64,000 bases of DNA from Heteronotia binoei. Lineage: Eukaryota. Below are positions 35,573 through 48,523 of the stretch, piece by piece. Every line of letters starts with the position of its first letter. Position 1 is the stretch's first letter. Under the pieces are notes generated by a model. The model searched no databases and had not been told where the DNA came from. It worked only from the letters and a program-made list of their open reading frames with translations. The translations under genes and the position numbers were made by a program. The stretch is taken from positions 43,896,001 through 43,960,000 of the forward strand of contig NC_083228.1 of assembly GCF_032191835.1 (NCBI RefSeq), read 5' to 3'.

Positions 35573-37623
35573 TAGGGGTATGCATTTGGTTTGGCCGAAC
35601 CAAATAGACCGCCGAATACCCCCTGATTCGGAAGTATACGGCGCTGTATACTTCCGGATCCAGCTCACATGCATTATACGGCTGAACCAAATGCAATATT
35701 CGGAAGTATGCAGAACTCAATGTAAAAGGCGGAAAAGAAGCTGCTTGCCTCCTTTTCCGCCTTTGGAAGCCTTTTCCCGCCTCTCCCATAGCCTCCCTGG
35801 GATCAGGGAGGGAGGGGAGGGGGAGAGGAGCCCCAACAGCCAATCCAAAGCATGCATTTGCAAAATGCATTGCAAATGCATGCTTTGCAGGGCTGTTGTG
35901 TAGCTGATGGCTGGACTAATCCCCCAGCCATCAGCAACATTGTTGTTGTTTTGTTTACTTGGGTATCCAAGTGAACACTGTTCTCTGGGAGATCACAGAG
36001 CAGTGGTATTTTTTGAAACTGCTCTGTGTAGGGCCAGAGAACCTTTTTAAGGAGTCTGCCTGGCTGGACTCCATTCCAATGCTGCTGTGTTGGTGTGAGA
36101 GAGGGATTGTGCTGCGCTGGCCCTTGGTCTCAGCTGCTGCTGCTCTCTCTCAGCCTTGCCTGACCTGCCTGGAGAAGACATCTAAAATAAGACAGTTTTG
36201 AGATTCTTGTTTTTATTTTAGTTAGGATAAAACTAAAAGGACTTTTTAAGACTCAGAATTCCTTTACTTATCCAGATTTGGGTGGGTGGGTAGCTTATTT
36301 GGGGTTAGAGTTAGGGGGTTCTGCTGGGGGTGGGGGCCTGGGGTGGGGGGATTGCCAATTTGCCTAAGTCTTACTTTAGTGAGAGGACTTTTAAAAGTGC
36401 AATGTCCTTTTACTTTTCCTGATTTGGGTGGCTTGGATTTCTTGGGGTTAGGGTGAAGGTGTTTTTTGGGGGGGAGGAGTTGGTTAAGTTCCTGTATTGT
36501 TAAAAGACAAGCTTTTTACTGTTTTAAAAGGATTCTGTGTTTGATTTGTTGCTGCTGTGTTGTGCTGCTGTTGTTCCTTTTCTTTTCTGGTTCTGGTTCT
36601 TTAAGGGGGTGGGAGGCTGTTTGGCCTAATTTTTATTGTTAAAATTTCAGTTTTTTAACAGTTGAGTTTGTTGGCCTTTTCTCAGCTGGATTTGTTTGGA
36701 TCTGTTGTTGCTGGTTTTGCATCCTGTCCTGTTGTCCCTTTTCCTGGTTCTGTTGTTTTTTTTTGGGGGGGGGAGGGGGGTTAAAAGTTAAGTTTCTTTC
36801 TGTCACGTTTTGGTTTTTTTAATTACCTCTGGTGGGTGTGAGCTCAGGGTTGGTGTGTGGGCTGTGTGGGGTGGGTCACTTTCATGTTTTTATAGAGCTA
36901 TTTTTGGAGTCTGAGGGTGCTTTCGGTTTGCCTAGGGCCATTAAATAGGCTGCCCCACTAATAAGGGTGTTTTTAGGGATTGTGTTTTTTGAAATTTTAA
37001 AAAAAATGAATCCAGTTTAGGGCTTTATCTTCTTTCTAAAATTCAACTAGGCCCGATAGGGGCAATTTAAAAAGATTTTAGGTTTCTCATAAAAGGCAGC
37101 ATGACTACTAGGCCACATCAGGCTCCCTTTTAAAGAGACTAGGGTTGCAGTGCATCTTGCTTTCAGTCACTGAAAGCCGGTGAATTCTTAGATTTCCATA
37201 GGGTAAACCACAGCTTCTCTCTAGTTATAGGGGACACCTGATTTCCAGTTTACAAGGTTTGTTCCAGGATCTAGTTAGGAGAAGTTTAACTAGAAGGATA
37301 TAACAAGGATTGCCTTCATCTCAAGGTAGCCTTTTAAAAACTGTAGCCAGGTAGAGGCAGGATGACCTAGTCTCCTAAACTTTACCAGACTAAATTTGGG
37401 GGCTCTCCCTCAAACCCCCTTCCCTCAAGGCAGTTTCCAATATACCCTATTTTGCCATTGATTTCAATGGCCCATAGGGTATAATGGGGCCGTATATCTC
37501 CCGTATATATGGCTATTCCGAATACCAGTATTTGGAAATATATGGTATTCCGAATATTTTGGCCCCGTATACGGTATTTCTGAATCTGATTAATTCCGAA
37601 TATTTTTTTTTTGCACACCCCTA
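35573..37623. mobile_element. Non-autonomous hAT DNA transposon, 2051 bp
   Basis: TIRs TAGGGGTATGCA / TGCACACCCCTA, perfect 8-bp TSD gtagcggg (35565-35572, 37624-37631), subterminal CCGAAT/ATTCGG repeats, no transposase ORF. Confidence 0.9.
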
Positions 37624-37631
37624 GTAGCGGG

Positions 37632-37835
37632 TACAGCTTCAGAGTAGGGCTTGGGAGACCCAGGCTTGACTTCTCATCTTGCTGTTGACGTTTATTGGGT
37701 GTTTTGGGATCAATCACATACTTTCAGCCTAACTATCTAAAAGGGTTGTTGTATGGATAAAAATGTGGAGAGGAAAATAATGTAAGCTGCTTTGGTCCCC
37801 ACTGTGGAGAAAGGTGGGGTATAAATGAAGAATAA
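37632..37835 (+). mobile_element. MIR-like SINE whose head was split by the hAT insertion
   Basis: Joining across the TSD restores ...tgatgtagcgggtacagcttcagagtagg...; paralogous to 55138-55355. Confidence 0.7.
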
Positions 37836-40800
37836 TATAAATAATAAATATAGCTGAAGATGGGAGGTAGATAAAAGGTAGGTAAGTGAATGGCTGAGAA
37901 AGAGAGAATGAGGCAGGCAAAGGGGAGGGTATATGAGGGTTTTCAGGAAAGAAAAAGAGGAAATAGTGAAGGATCAGGAAAATGAGATGCTCTCTGCAAA
38001 TTTTTTAAGGTTCCCACTTGTATTTTCCTAAAACCCAGCTTTCAGGAATCAGGTGTCTTACACAAAGTTAAAAGCTCCCTACATTTTTTTCCTGAGAGGC
38101 TAAATATGCTTTGACATACTGACAGTGGTGGGGATCAGCTATTCAGAAGTGATGTTGGTTTTTCTTCCCTTAAGTCTAGGATTATTGAAAGGAATTCAGC
38201 TGCTCTGATGTTTCACATTCATAAAAGTCAGGACTCATTTCAGGAAAAAAAAACTGGGGGAGGCTGTTTTTGTGTATGATCTTCTAAGCACAGATTCTTA
38301 AATGAAGAAAATTAAGAGCAGCGCCTTGTCTTCCAGCTGGTAAGTAAATACTAATTAATTGCTAACTAAAAACAAGTAGCATATGTCCTAAATCTCCTAA
38401 TGAGACATCTGGATTCATTTTTGCATAAGTAGAGAACATGAAGGGAATAGACGTGTGAATGAAAGATGGCTGACAAGTTGCTAAATGGATGAAAATACTC
38501 ACGATAGTGTCAAACATAATTGCATAAACAAGTGGGGGAGGGGTGGAACATGCATCCCCTCGAGTGACAGAACTTTTTGTTTGCCTTGCAGAAAATTCTT
38601 AAATGCAAATGAGGCTGGAAAATGATCTTCATGGGGATGCTCTGTGAATTTCTCCATGTCTTGATGGCCTTTACCATAGAGATTAGGGGAAATTCCTAGA
38701 ACATCATCTGGAATTTATTTCATATCCTCCCTGAACTCACCTTTTTCCATGCGCTGCCTTCAAAATTTCCCAGAATTTGGTGAGACAGTGCTAGCAACCC
38801 TAGACAGGTTTTCTTTTCCCCTCCAGAAAGGTGGCAATCAGATTGTTTGGTACGAGTTTTGGGCTTCTTTGGAAAAAGTTTGTTCTTTTGAAGCTCAGAC
38901 CTGAAGAATCTCACAGAAGCAAGTAGATGAAACATGCAGGGGAATTGTCCTTTTCCCTATGCTGTCTTATTATCATTGAGAATAAGGGTCTGAAATGTGA
39001 CTGCTGATGAAGAAAGAAATGTTCCCTTTTCTTGAGTGGCCAAGTCTGTTTCACATATATTTCCAGGGATGATAGTTCTTGAGGCTTTGATAATCAGGAA
39101 ACATTTAATTTTGTTTGTAATAGGCATCTTTACTATTCAGCAACTTGCCTGCCTGGTGCAAAATCTGTGGACATTATATGCCAATAACCCCCAAATATGG
39201 TGCCTGTGGGCTAGGGATGTGCAGCTAAAAAAATGGGAAGAAGGTATTTTTCAAATCTAGATACCAGAGAGCTGAAAAATATCAGTATTACTGGTTCCCT
39301 GAATTCCAAACACCAGCTTAGTAATCAGATATGGGTTTTAGGGGGATTCTGATACTTTCCAGCTCCATTAATCCCTATTGGGAAACTTGTGGGGGAGGGG
39401 AGCTGAAAAGGCTGTTTTTAAAGCTACTGGCATCCAAATTGCTGGTGCTTGTCCTTTAAATAACCCTGAAATTTCAAATGACTTGGATTAAGAGGTCCAG
39501 TTCTGAATGAGATACTCCCAGCCATCTTCCACTGATTTCTATTGGAATAAAAATGTAAAAATTTAAATTAAATGATCCATATCAATGTCAAACCTGAGAA
39601 TCTATATCAATGCACAACTTGAGAATCACCCAATCAAAACAGACTATGAACTCTGCTATGAGCCTAGCTAATGTAAAATAAGAGAATCAAGACAATAGAC
39701 AACCAGAGAAATCTAAAGCTATGTCAGACCTGAGAATCCACCACATATGCAAACCTAACAAAGAACACAATTTTGCAAAGTCAACAAAAACAATTTAAAA
39801 GGGCATAATCTAAGACAAAGCAACCTGGCAAACTGATACCAAATCTGGGAAGACATTGATACTCAAAAACAGTTTGGGACCTTCAAACTTCCCAGTTCTC
39901 CCAAGTAATCCTGAACATTTCTGGGATTTTTCAGGACCCATTTACCAGTATCCTGGAAAATTCAGGATACCATCCAGAGACCTGAATATAGCCAAAAGAT
40001 ACTAATTAGTTTTTTTAAAATGTATATTCGGCTCAGATATATCTGAATGCACACCCCTACCCTGGACTCCGTGGTGTCCATTGATGCATTCCCTGCTTCT
40101 GCACACTTTATTTCCCATAGCATCTCATTTCCAAAACTAAAGAGCCGGCCTTTGTTTTCCTCCACTTCAATGGATCAGGAAAGGAGATGCTTCAGAAGAG
40201 CCTGAAGGTATCTTTTTTTTTCTACAGGAAGCACCTATTTGAAGCGGCTGTCTCCATCACAGGAGGGAGCTTAACTTTGAACCTCTTAATATTTTGTTGA
40301 ACCTTCCAACATTTTGTGACTGCACCAAGCCTGTGACAGCCATTTTGTTGTGATGCCCACTACCTATTTTCAGAATTACATAAATCCCCATAGGCTTAAT
40401 AAATGTAGGGTCCCCTGTCACATACTGTCTAGAAAGGCTGGTAGATGTGTCTGGGGATGCATAAATGATCAGGGTACCCATCAGCACTAGTGGCATTGGA
40501 AAATGTTAACTGTGAGGCCTGGAAGCCAAATTTAGGGGCATACTTCAAGATTCTGGTATTTTATGACTGGAATTCCTTTCTAATACATTATCAGACTTGA
40601 AAAACTGGTGCCAGAGGGCACCAGTATGAATTTGAGCCATAGTGATGGGGAAGGGGAAGTTTAACTATCCTAGGTAAAAATCCTTCGCCCCTGCCCCAAC
40701 TACTTTAAGCCATAGTAGAACTCTTGCTATCTATATGAATCAGTGTGTCATCAGGGCCAAAATTAACTTGCTAATCTTCCCAATAGTTCACACTATTCTG

Positions 40801-41465
40801 ATAACAAGATGTGCATCTTGTACTTTTCTAATAACCTAAGAGATTAAATGCAATAGCTCTAGACAGATTTTCATTTTCTGCTGTAACCTTACTAGCATCT
40901 TATTAGATCTGCTAATGTATAAATATTGCGAAACAGAAGGAGCAAAGCTGTTACTATTACCACCTTTTAAATAGCATTGGAACTATTTGTAGAACCACTG
41001 GTGACAGGAAACTTGAAGTATGATACTGTTGGCCAAAGTAATTGTATGCTTCCTCAAAAATGTGAACTTATCCAAAGGCCACTTCTCACTTTAATTTACT
41101 ATGGAAAGATATGGAGATGCCTTTGGAAATCACACCCATGGGCTTTAAATGCATAGAAGTGTGTTATCAGGAAGTAACACAAAGCTTGTTTTGGATAGAA
41201 GATGAAAAATCACAGAATTCTTCTAGATGCTTGTCCTATGCATTTTCTTATACACACACACCCCAAATTGTGTTTTTTAAAACTAGTGGTTAATTTCCTA
41301 AAAGAAATGGATGAGGATTTACATTTTTCTAAGAATTGTTTCTGCTTGCTTTTCCCAGAATCTATTTGTGTAATGCATGTAACTGTGTTTAGTAAGCAGT
41401 GTCTTGTCCTTATTATAATGCTACTGCTGTCGCTATGACAGCAGGGTGTATGAGGGGAGGGGAGG

Positions 41466-41470
<5 letters not shown>

Positions 41471-41516
<46 letters not shown>
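41471..41516. repeat. (AG)n microsatellite
   Basis: Uninterrupted AG dinucleotide run of about 23 units. Confidence 0.95.
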
Positions 41517-41519
<3 letters not shown>

Positions 41520-42203
41520 GACCATTCTAGCACTGAGATGTCCATAGTATGATGAGTGTGGAATAGAGCTGAGTGTACATTGGGTACTGACAGAAACTGA
41601 TTGAACTTTCCATAAGGTCTTCTATGCAGAGTCTGGGTCACACAATATCAAGTTTGATGGGCATAATTTATTCCAGTGGGGCAACCATTTTAGCCTGCTG
41701 TGGCAAAACAAAGAAGTCTAGTGGCACCTTAAAGACTATTCTAGTATGCAGTTTTGTGAATCAGAGCTCACTTCTTCTGATACAGTGGGAAGAAACAAAA
41801 AATTTTTCCTCATTTTTACAGAAAATTACAAGGGAGAGAGAGGAGTTGAGCCGGGAGGGACCTAATATAATAAATCAGGTGAGTGTCTTTATGCAGAATG
41901 TGAACTTCTTTGTCATTTAATGAATGAAGGGAGAGACATACAGAAGTGCAATAAAATAGTGTAAATAACTAATGAAAGAGGAGGAAATTAGAAGTATGAG
42001 AATACTGGCTTGTAGAGAGTAATTGTATCATACAACCTGCTAAGGACAAGTTATTAAATTATTGAAATTATTGAAAAGATATTAAAGTTATTGAAAAGTA
42101 ATGTTATTCGAAATCATGTGTGAGGAAATCCAAGTCTCCGTTTAAGCCAGGATGACAGAACGTGTTTAGCTTGTTGATGATTTCTAATCCTGCACTCTTA
42201 GAC

Positions 42204-43952
42204 TCATAGAATCACAGAGTTGTAAAGGACCTCCAGGATCATCTAGTCCAACTTCCTGCACAATGCAGGAATTTTACAAATACTGCCCCCCACATACATC
42301 TGCAGTAAACCTTGTTCCATGCCCAGAAGATGGCAAAACCTCCAGGACCCCTTCCCAAACTGGCCTGGAGAAAAATTGCTGATCAGTCCCAAAGTATCAA
42401 TCAGCATTTCCCTAGGTGTGTAAGAAAGGGCCACAAGAACTAAGCACTGATGCAACCCTATCTGCCCTACTTCTCATGATCTGCCTAATTTAACATTGCT
42501 GTCAGATGGCTATCTAGCCTCTGCTTAAAAATCTCCATGGAAGGAGAGCCCACCACCTCCCAAGGAAGCCTGTTCAACAGAGGAAACACTCTAACTGCCA
42601 GGAAGTTCTTCCTAATGTTTAGCTGGAAACCACTGGCTCTGGTTCAACCTTCTGGAACAACAGAAAACAATTCTGCACCATCCTCTATATGACAGCTCTT
42701 TAAGTGCTTGGAGATGATTATCATATCACATCTTAGTCATCTCCTCTTCAGGCTAAATATACCCAGTTCCTTCAACCTTTTCACATAGGACTTGGTCTCC
42801 AGACCCCTCACCATCATTGTCGCCCTCCTCTGGACATATTCCAGCTTGTCTATATCCTTCTTAAATTGTGTGACCCAAAACTGAACACAATACTCTAACC
42901 AGAGCAGAGTAAAGCAACACTATCACTTCACATGATCTGTTACAGCCCTAAATCACATTTACCTTTTTAGCCACCGCATCACACTGCTGACTCATGTTCA
43001 GTGTATGGTCCACCTAAGACCTCTAGATCCTTTTTGTACATACTACTGCCAAGACAAGTCTCTCCCATCCTATAATGATACATTTGACTTTTCCTGTCTC
43101 AATGCAGAACTTTACATTTAACCCTATTAAAATTCATTTTATTGGCTTTAGCCCAGTTTTCCAGCCTGTCAAGATCATCCTGTATCCTGTCTCTGCCTTT
43201 TACTGTATTTGAGACCCTTCCCAATTTAGTATCATCTGCAAATTTAATAAGCATTCTCTCTATTCCTTCATGCAAATAATTTATAAAGATGTTGAATAAA
43301 ACAGGTCTCAGGACAGATCCCTGGGGCACCCCACTTGTCACTTCTCTCCAAGAGGATGTGGATGAGGATGAGGAACCATTAACAAGCACCCTTTGGGTGC
43401 GATGTGTCAGCCAGTTACAGATCAGCCTAACAGTAACAGTAACATTTTACCAACTTGTCAACAAGAATAGTATGTGGAACCTTATCAAAAGCCATACTGA
43501 AATCAAGATAAACAATATCTACATCATTCCCCTGACCCAGCAAAGTAGTAACTTTTTCAAAATAAGAGATAAGGTTAGTCTGACATGACTTGTTATTGAA
43601 AAATTAATGCTGGCTCTTAGTGAACACAGCCATCCTTTCTAAATGTTCCAGGACTGACTGACGATTTGTTCCAAAACTTGTCCAGGTATAGATGTTAAGC
43701 TGACAGGTAGGTAGTTACCCGGATCCTCCTTTTCCACCTTTTTGAAGGTGGGGATGACATTTGCCTGGCTCCAATCTTCTGGCACTTCACCTGTTCTCTA
43801 AGAAGTCTCAAAAAGAATGGCCAGAGGCTCAGAAATTATATCTGCAGGTTCTTTTAGTACCCTCAGATGCAGTTCATCTGGCCCTGAGGACTTAATTTCA
43901 CTTAAAGAACCTAGGTGTTGATGTACTACCCCTATACTGATACTAGGCTGCA
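42204..43952 (-). mobile_element. CR1 LINE (older subfamily), 5'-truncated
   Basis: [24 protein letters not shown]...[11 protein letters not shown] motifs; tail catagaatcacagag at 42204. Confidence 0.92.
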
Positions 43953-44510
43953 ACTAGGATCATCCTTGCATATACCTTTAGAAGTTTTTCTGTAAGACAA
44001 TGACTTTCAGATCTGCAACAGGAAGCTCAGGAAAATTAAAATGTTCACCACTGGTTTCTGAGTATTTATTTAAGATTTATATCCCGCCCTTCCCACAAGT
44101 GGCTCAGGGCGGAGTATGGCAGTTTCTTGTGTCAGATTTGTGTTCATTGATTCCCTCATGTATGAAATGACAAGTTTATCCAAAATAGAAGGGCACTGTT
44201 CACACTTGATGGCATATATTGGATGATGTGCAAATTGATGAGTCCAAGTTGGTGTAGCTGATGCCATTAGGTCCTGTAATTGCATAATGTGGAGACAAAG
44301 TTGGCATCAAAGAATGTTGTTTTCTGGGTCTGTGTCTCTGATGGGTGATCCACTGTTGTTAGTAAGACGTTATGTTACGTTTGAGGGGGTGCATCTGTAA
44401 ATGAGGAAAGACCTCCCCACCCCTCAACTGTGAAAGAGAAATATCCTCACCCAGGAGAGACTGTAGGCCATTGATGATGTGCTGGAGCAGTTTAAGTAGT
44501 GATCTGGAAG

Positions 44511-44707
44511 CAGGGCTTTTTTTGAGCAGGAATGCAGTTCCAGCTGGCTTGGCATCAAGTGGTGTGGCCTAATATACAAATGAGCTTCTGCTGGGCTTTT
44601 TCTACAAAAGAAGCCCTGTCTGAAACAATGGCGATGTCAGGGGGTGCGGCCTAATATGTGAATGAGTTCCTGCTGGGCTTTTTCTCAAAAAAAAAACAAA
44701 AACCCTG
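44511..44707. mobile_element. hAT-type MITE (CAGGG family), 197 bp
   Basis: CAGGGCTTTT...AAACCCTG; TSD tctggaag / gctggaag (7 of 8 match). Confidence 0.8.
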
Positions 44708-45631
44708 GCTGGAAGTGACCACCAGAGAGGTTGTGTTGTTGCCTTCCTTGGATTTAGGTCTGGGTGGCTTTCTTGCATTGATGATCCCCCCCTTTTACTA
44801 TGCTAGTAGGCTGCAGAAATATCAAAAAATGCTTTTTGTAAGTCCTCAAGGTGAGAGTCCTTGTCTGAGGAACTGAACCAAATGCAATTATAATGTCGTG
44901 CTTAACAGTAGACTATTACTATACTGTGTTCTGGGCTGTAACTGGAAGCATGGAGGCATGTTTGGTGACCAGTGGAGTTTTTAAAATATAAGATGCAAAG
45001 GTTCACAGTGGTGTCCAGGAAATGTGCCTGTTGAGTGGACTGGTCCATGCTGAGGTTGATGCTGGGATGGAAATTGTTGAAGTCCTGATTACACTTCTAC
45101 AAATCTTATTTCCTGTGCAACCAGATGATGAAATGTCATCAGTCATTCTTAAGTACAGGATAGGTATTAGTGGGCAGGAGTTGGGAAAGCACTGGCCAGC
45201 CATAAACATATTTGCATAGCGTGGTGCCACATGGGACCCTTGTCTTTTTCCCCATGTGAAGTAAATAAATCCCCTTGTCTTGTATAGCAGCCCCTGAGGG
45301 CTGAGTCAGTCCTTATTCATATCCCTCTACATATCCCTATCCTGCATTCAGTGTTATGATGTGCTGCAAACATGTTATAGAACCTTTAGTATTGGCATAT
45401 ATAGATAACAAAACTGGTCACAATGACTAACTTATCTATTTAGCACAAGCGTTTATGCTTTAAACTAACACTAAATAATTTGTTAGCTTTTAATAAGTTT
45501 TTATAAGCTCCTCAAAGACTTGTTTTTGTTGCCAAAAACTATTGTTGCGACCCTTTTTAGTGTTTAACATGATGCATGTATGTAGACTTTTTGCATTATA
45601 ATATTGTAGTAAAGTTATGTTCTGGGAAGAC

Positions 45632-46436
45632 TAAGAACATAAGAACATAAGAGAAGCCATGTTGGATCAGGCCAACGGCCCATCAAGTCCAACACTCTGT
45701 GTCACACAGTGGCAAAAAATTTTATATACACACATACACTGTGGCTAATAGCCACTGATGGACCTGTGCTCCATATTTTTATCTAAACCCTTCTTGAAGG
45801 TGGCTATACTTGTGGCCGCCACTACCTCCTGTGGCAGTGAATTCCACATGTTAATCACCCTTTGGGTGAAGAAGTACTTCCTTTTATCCGTTTTAACCTG
45901 TCTGCTCAGCAATTTCATCGAATGCCCACGAGTTCTTGTATTGTGAGAAAGGGAGAAAAGTACTTCTTTCTCTACTTTCTCCATCCCATGCATTATCTTG
46001 TAAACCTCTATCATGTCACCCCGCAGTCGACGTTTCTCCAAGCTAAAGAGTCCCAAGCGTTTCAACCTTTCTTCATAGGGAAAGTGCTCCAGCCCTTTAA
46101 TCATTCTAGTTGCCCTTCTCTGGACTTTCTCCAATGCTATAATATCCTTTTTGAGGTGCGGCGACCAGAACTGCACACAGTACTCCAAATGAGACCGCAC
46201 CATCCATTTATACAGGGGCATTATGATACTGGCTGATTTGTTTTCAATTCCGTTCCTAATAATTCCCAGCATGGCGTTGGCCTTTTTTATTGCAAACGCA
46301 CACTGTCTTGACATTTTCAGTGAGTTATCTACCACGACCCCAAGATCTCTCTCTTGGTCAGTCTCTGCCAGTTCACACCCCATCAACTTGTATTTGTAGC
46401 TGGGATTCTTGGCCCCAATGTGCATTACTTTGCACT
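45632..46436 (-). mobile_element. Young 5'-truncated CR1 LINE with an uninterrupted ORF2 C-terminus
   Basis: Open frame 46425-45745 (ERDLGVVVDNSLKMS...[15 protein letters not shown]...WNSLPQEVV), tail (TTCTTATG)n at 45632-45650. Confidence 0.93.
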
Positions 46437-46492
46437 AGATCAAATTTACCAGATCAAATTTACTAGATCAAATTTACTAGATCAAATTTACC
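46437..46492. repeat. Tandem repeat, 4 x 14 bp (agatcaaatttacY)
   Basis: Units start at 46437, 46451, 46465 and 46479 and differ only in the last base. Confidence 0.95.
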
Positions 46493-48069
46493 CTGTAAGT
46501 TTAAAAGTCTTAATGCATAGTAGTGATGTTCAATGGTATCTGCATCAACAGCTGGACATGTATGTAATCTTCTCTACAGAAAGCAGTACATTAATTGAAC
46601 AGATCAGAAGCGCAGTTCTTTATACTGATTAAGTATGTTGTTGCATTTTAAAATATCTGTTAGTTAAGAGCCAGAATATCACAGTTGGGCTGCCTGCATG
46701 ATGTTTTTATCCTCACAATAAAGATGTTTTACAACATTTGCTTTCTTTATAATGTTGAAACTAGAAGCATTTATTTTGCAAAGGCAATTTTCATTAGCTG
46801 TGAAATGGATAAGAGCAGGATGAGAAAAAAAATCATAGGAGCACAAGTAAACAATTCTAACTAAAGCAGAAACTGTTCTGAACCTTTTTTTTTTAAATTA
46901 CATAACAAGCAGAAATTACAAAATTACCACCATAGCTTTAAATGGATGCACACAGGGTCAGCTTCTTTATGAAACAATTTGAAGCAGCGATTTGAAGCTT
47001 AGAATACCACTTACTGTGCAATCGAAAGGACACTCTTGGGAGTACGTTTCATTTAATAGACCTGAGTAGGACTCTAAGATGACTTGCTTAGGATTTTCCT
47101 CTTAGAGAAATATCTCACCGTAGGAAATAAAAGCTAATAAGGAGTTGTGGGTTTTTGGTATTGTCACCTCCTGCTTCTCCACTTTTTCCATCACTATATC
47201 TAGTTATAAACTGTCCTCACCCTATTGAGGCTGACAAAAGTAGCAACAATTAGTCCAGATTCTGACAAGACATTGATTTTGGGGACTTCCCAGGTATCCA
47301 TGTGCGTGGGTATGCATGCATACATGTGGAATTAACCTGCTGAAGTCCCTGAAAAAATGTTATGGAGATGATATATGGGGATGAGGTTTCCAAATAGTTC
47401 TCTCTTCCAGCAGTTCCTCATGGTTTAGAGTTTGTGCCCATAATACTGCAATACATTCTGTGCCTACCTGAGTAGAATGCACAATCTATTTTTGCTATAT
47501 ATAATTTTCTCCAAACATCTACTAATGAGGAATTGAGTGGTGCACATTCTCTCTAAATTTGTTCAATTTGCTGCAAATCACACCATTAAAGTATCTTGCT
47601 AATATAATTTCACTTACTATCCAAATATCAAATTGCTCTATTTAAAGTCTAAAAGAAACATTTTATCATTGATTTAGTGCACATATACATTGCAATGTAA
47701 CTTTCCCCCCTAAGATTGCCTTTATTAATCTTTTAGCTGTTCCACTACCAGTTCTCTACTAATTTCATCACCTCTACCCCTACATCTTGTATTTTCTTCA
47801 GCATTTGATGTTCTGTCCTTTTTAAAAACATGTCAACATTTTTCTTCTTTGGTTCTGCTATATTCTTCCTTAAGGGAATACTATAACTAAGTTTCCCCTT
47901 TTTCAATTACTTACTGAAATCTGCTACAAATAAACTCACAGAGCAATCATAAACAGAGTCAATGGGTTTAGAAAGGAGTAACATTGCTTAGATTGCCACT
48001 TTTATGCACTATGTATTTCAGCATTGCATGTTTGTTTGAAATTAAACCCCATTGCATTCAATATAATTG

Positions 48070-48523
48070 ACTACGAAGTTTCTACTAGGACCAGAGCCTT
48101 TTTGGTTCTGGCACCTACCTGGTAGAATTAGCTCCCCATGAAAATCAGGGCTCTGCAGGATCTACTGCAGTTCCTCAGGGCCTGTAAGATGGAGCTCTTC
48201 CACCAGGTCTTCTGGGGAAGTTTTAGACATCTGACGGCATCTGCCCTTCCTGCTGTATAATGTATATTGGCTGGATATTGGCCAGACCTGCCTTTGACTG
48301 CTCATTGTTTTGAATGCCTGTAATATTAGCTATTATCAGCAGGCCTGGAGCAGATTCATAGATTATAGCCATCTTGTGCTTAACTAATGTTGTGAATTGT
48401 GATTTATTGGTCTGTTGATTTCAGGTTTTTAATTGATTAATGTATATGTTTTTATGCTGTTGTCCTCCCTGAACCCCCCTTGGCGGGATGGGTGGGATAT
48501 AAATCCCATTAATAAATAATAAA
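48070..48523 (+). mobile_element. L2 LINE 3' end
   Basis: TRAFLVLAPTW*N*LPMKIRALQDLLQFLRACKMELFHQ, then 3' UTR and gggatataaat tail. Confidence 0.8.

Larger units (their letters stand above)
41678..45300 (-). mobile_element. Degraded Penelope retroelement (RT plus GIY-YIG endonuclease), interrupted three times
   Basis: RT motif MAPRYANMFMA...LYLRMTDDI (45230-45130); GIY-YIG remnants IYAIKCEQCPS (about 44230), GEHFNFPELPVADLKVIVLQK (44060-43980) and LEIINKLNTFCHPGLNGD (42190-42140); Penelope terminus near 41700-41790. Confidence 0.8.

Noticed and set aside
38294-38339. Plus-strand 46-bp exon candidate with ATG and CTG|gtaagt donor as an upstream STK32C exon
   Set aside because: The ATG frame exits in phase 2 whereas STK32C exon 2 needs phase 1; no other support, though a non-coding exon is not excluded.
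41210-41641. 143-aa minus-strand ORF
   Set aside because: Held open by the (CT)n microsatellite (SLSLSL run).
45745-46425. 226-aa ORF as a host gene
   Set aside because: It is the C-terminal part of CR1 ORF2, followed by the CR1 3' UTR and tail.
46437-46492. Short direct repeats (also 60973-61101) as a CRISPR-like array
   Set aside because: Units are contiguous with no unique spacers, and the DNA is vertebrate.
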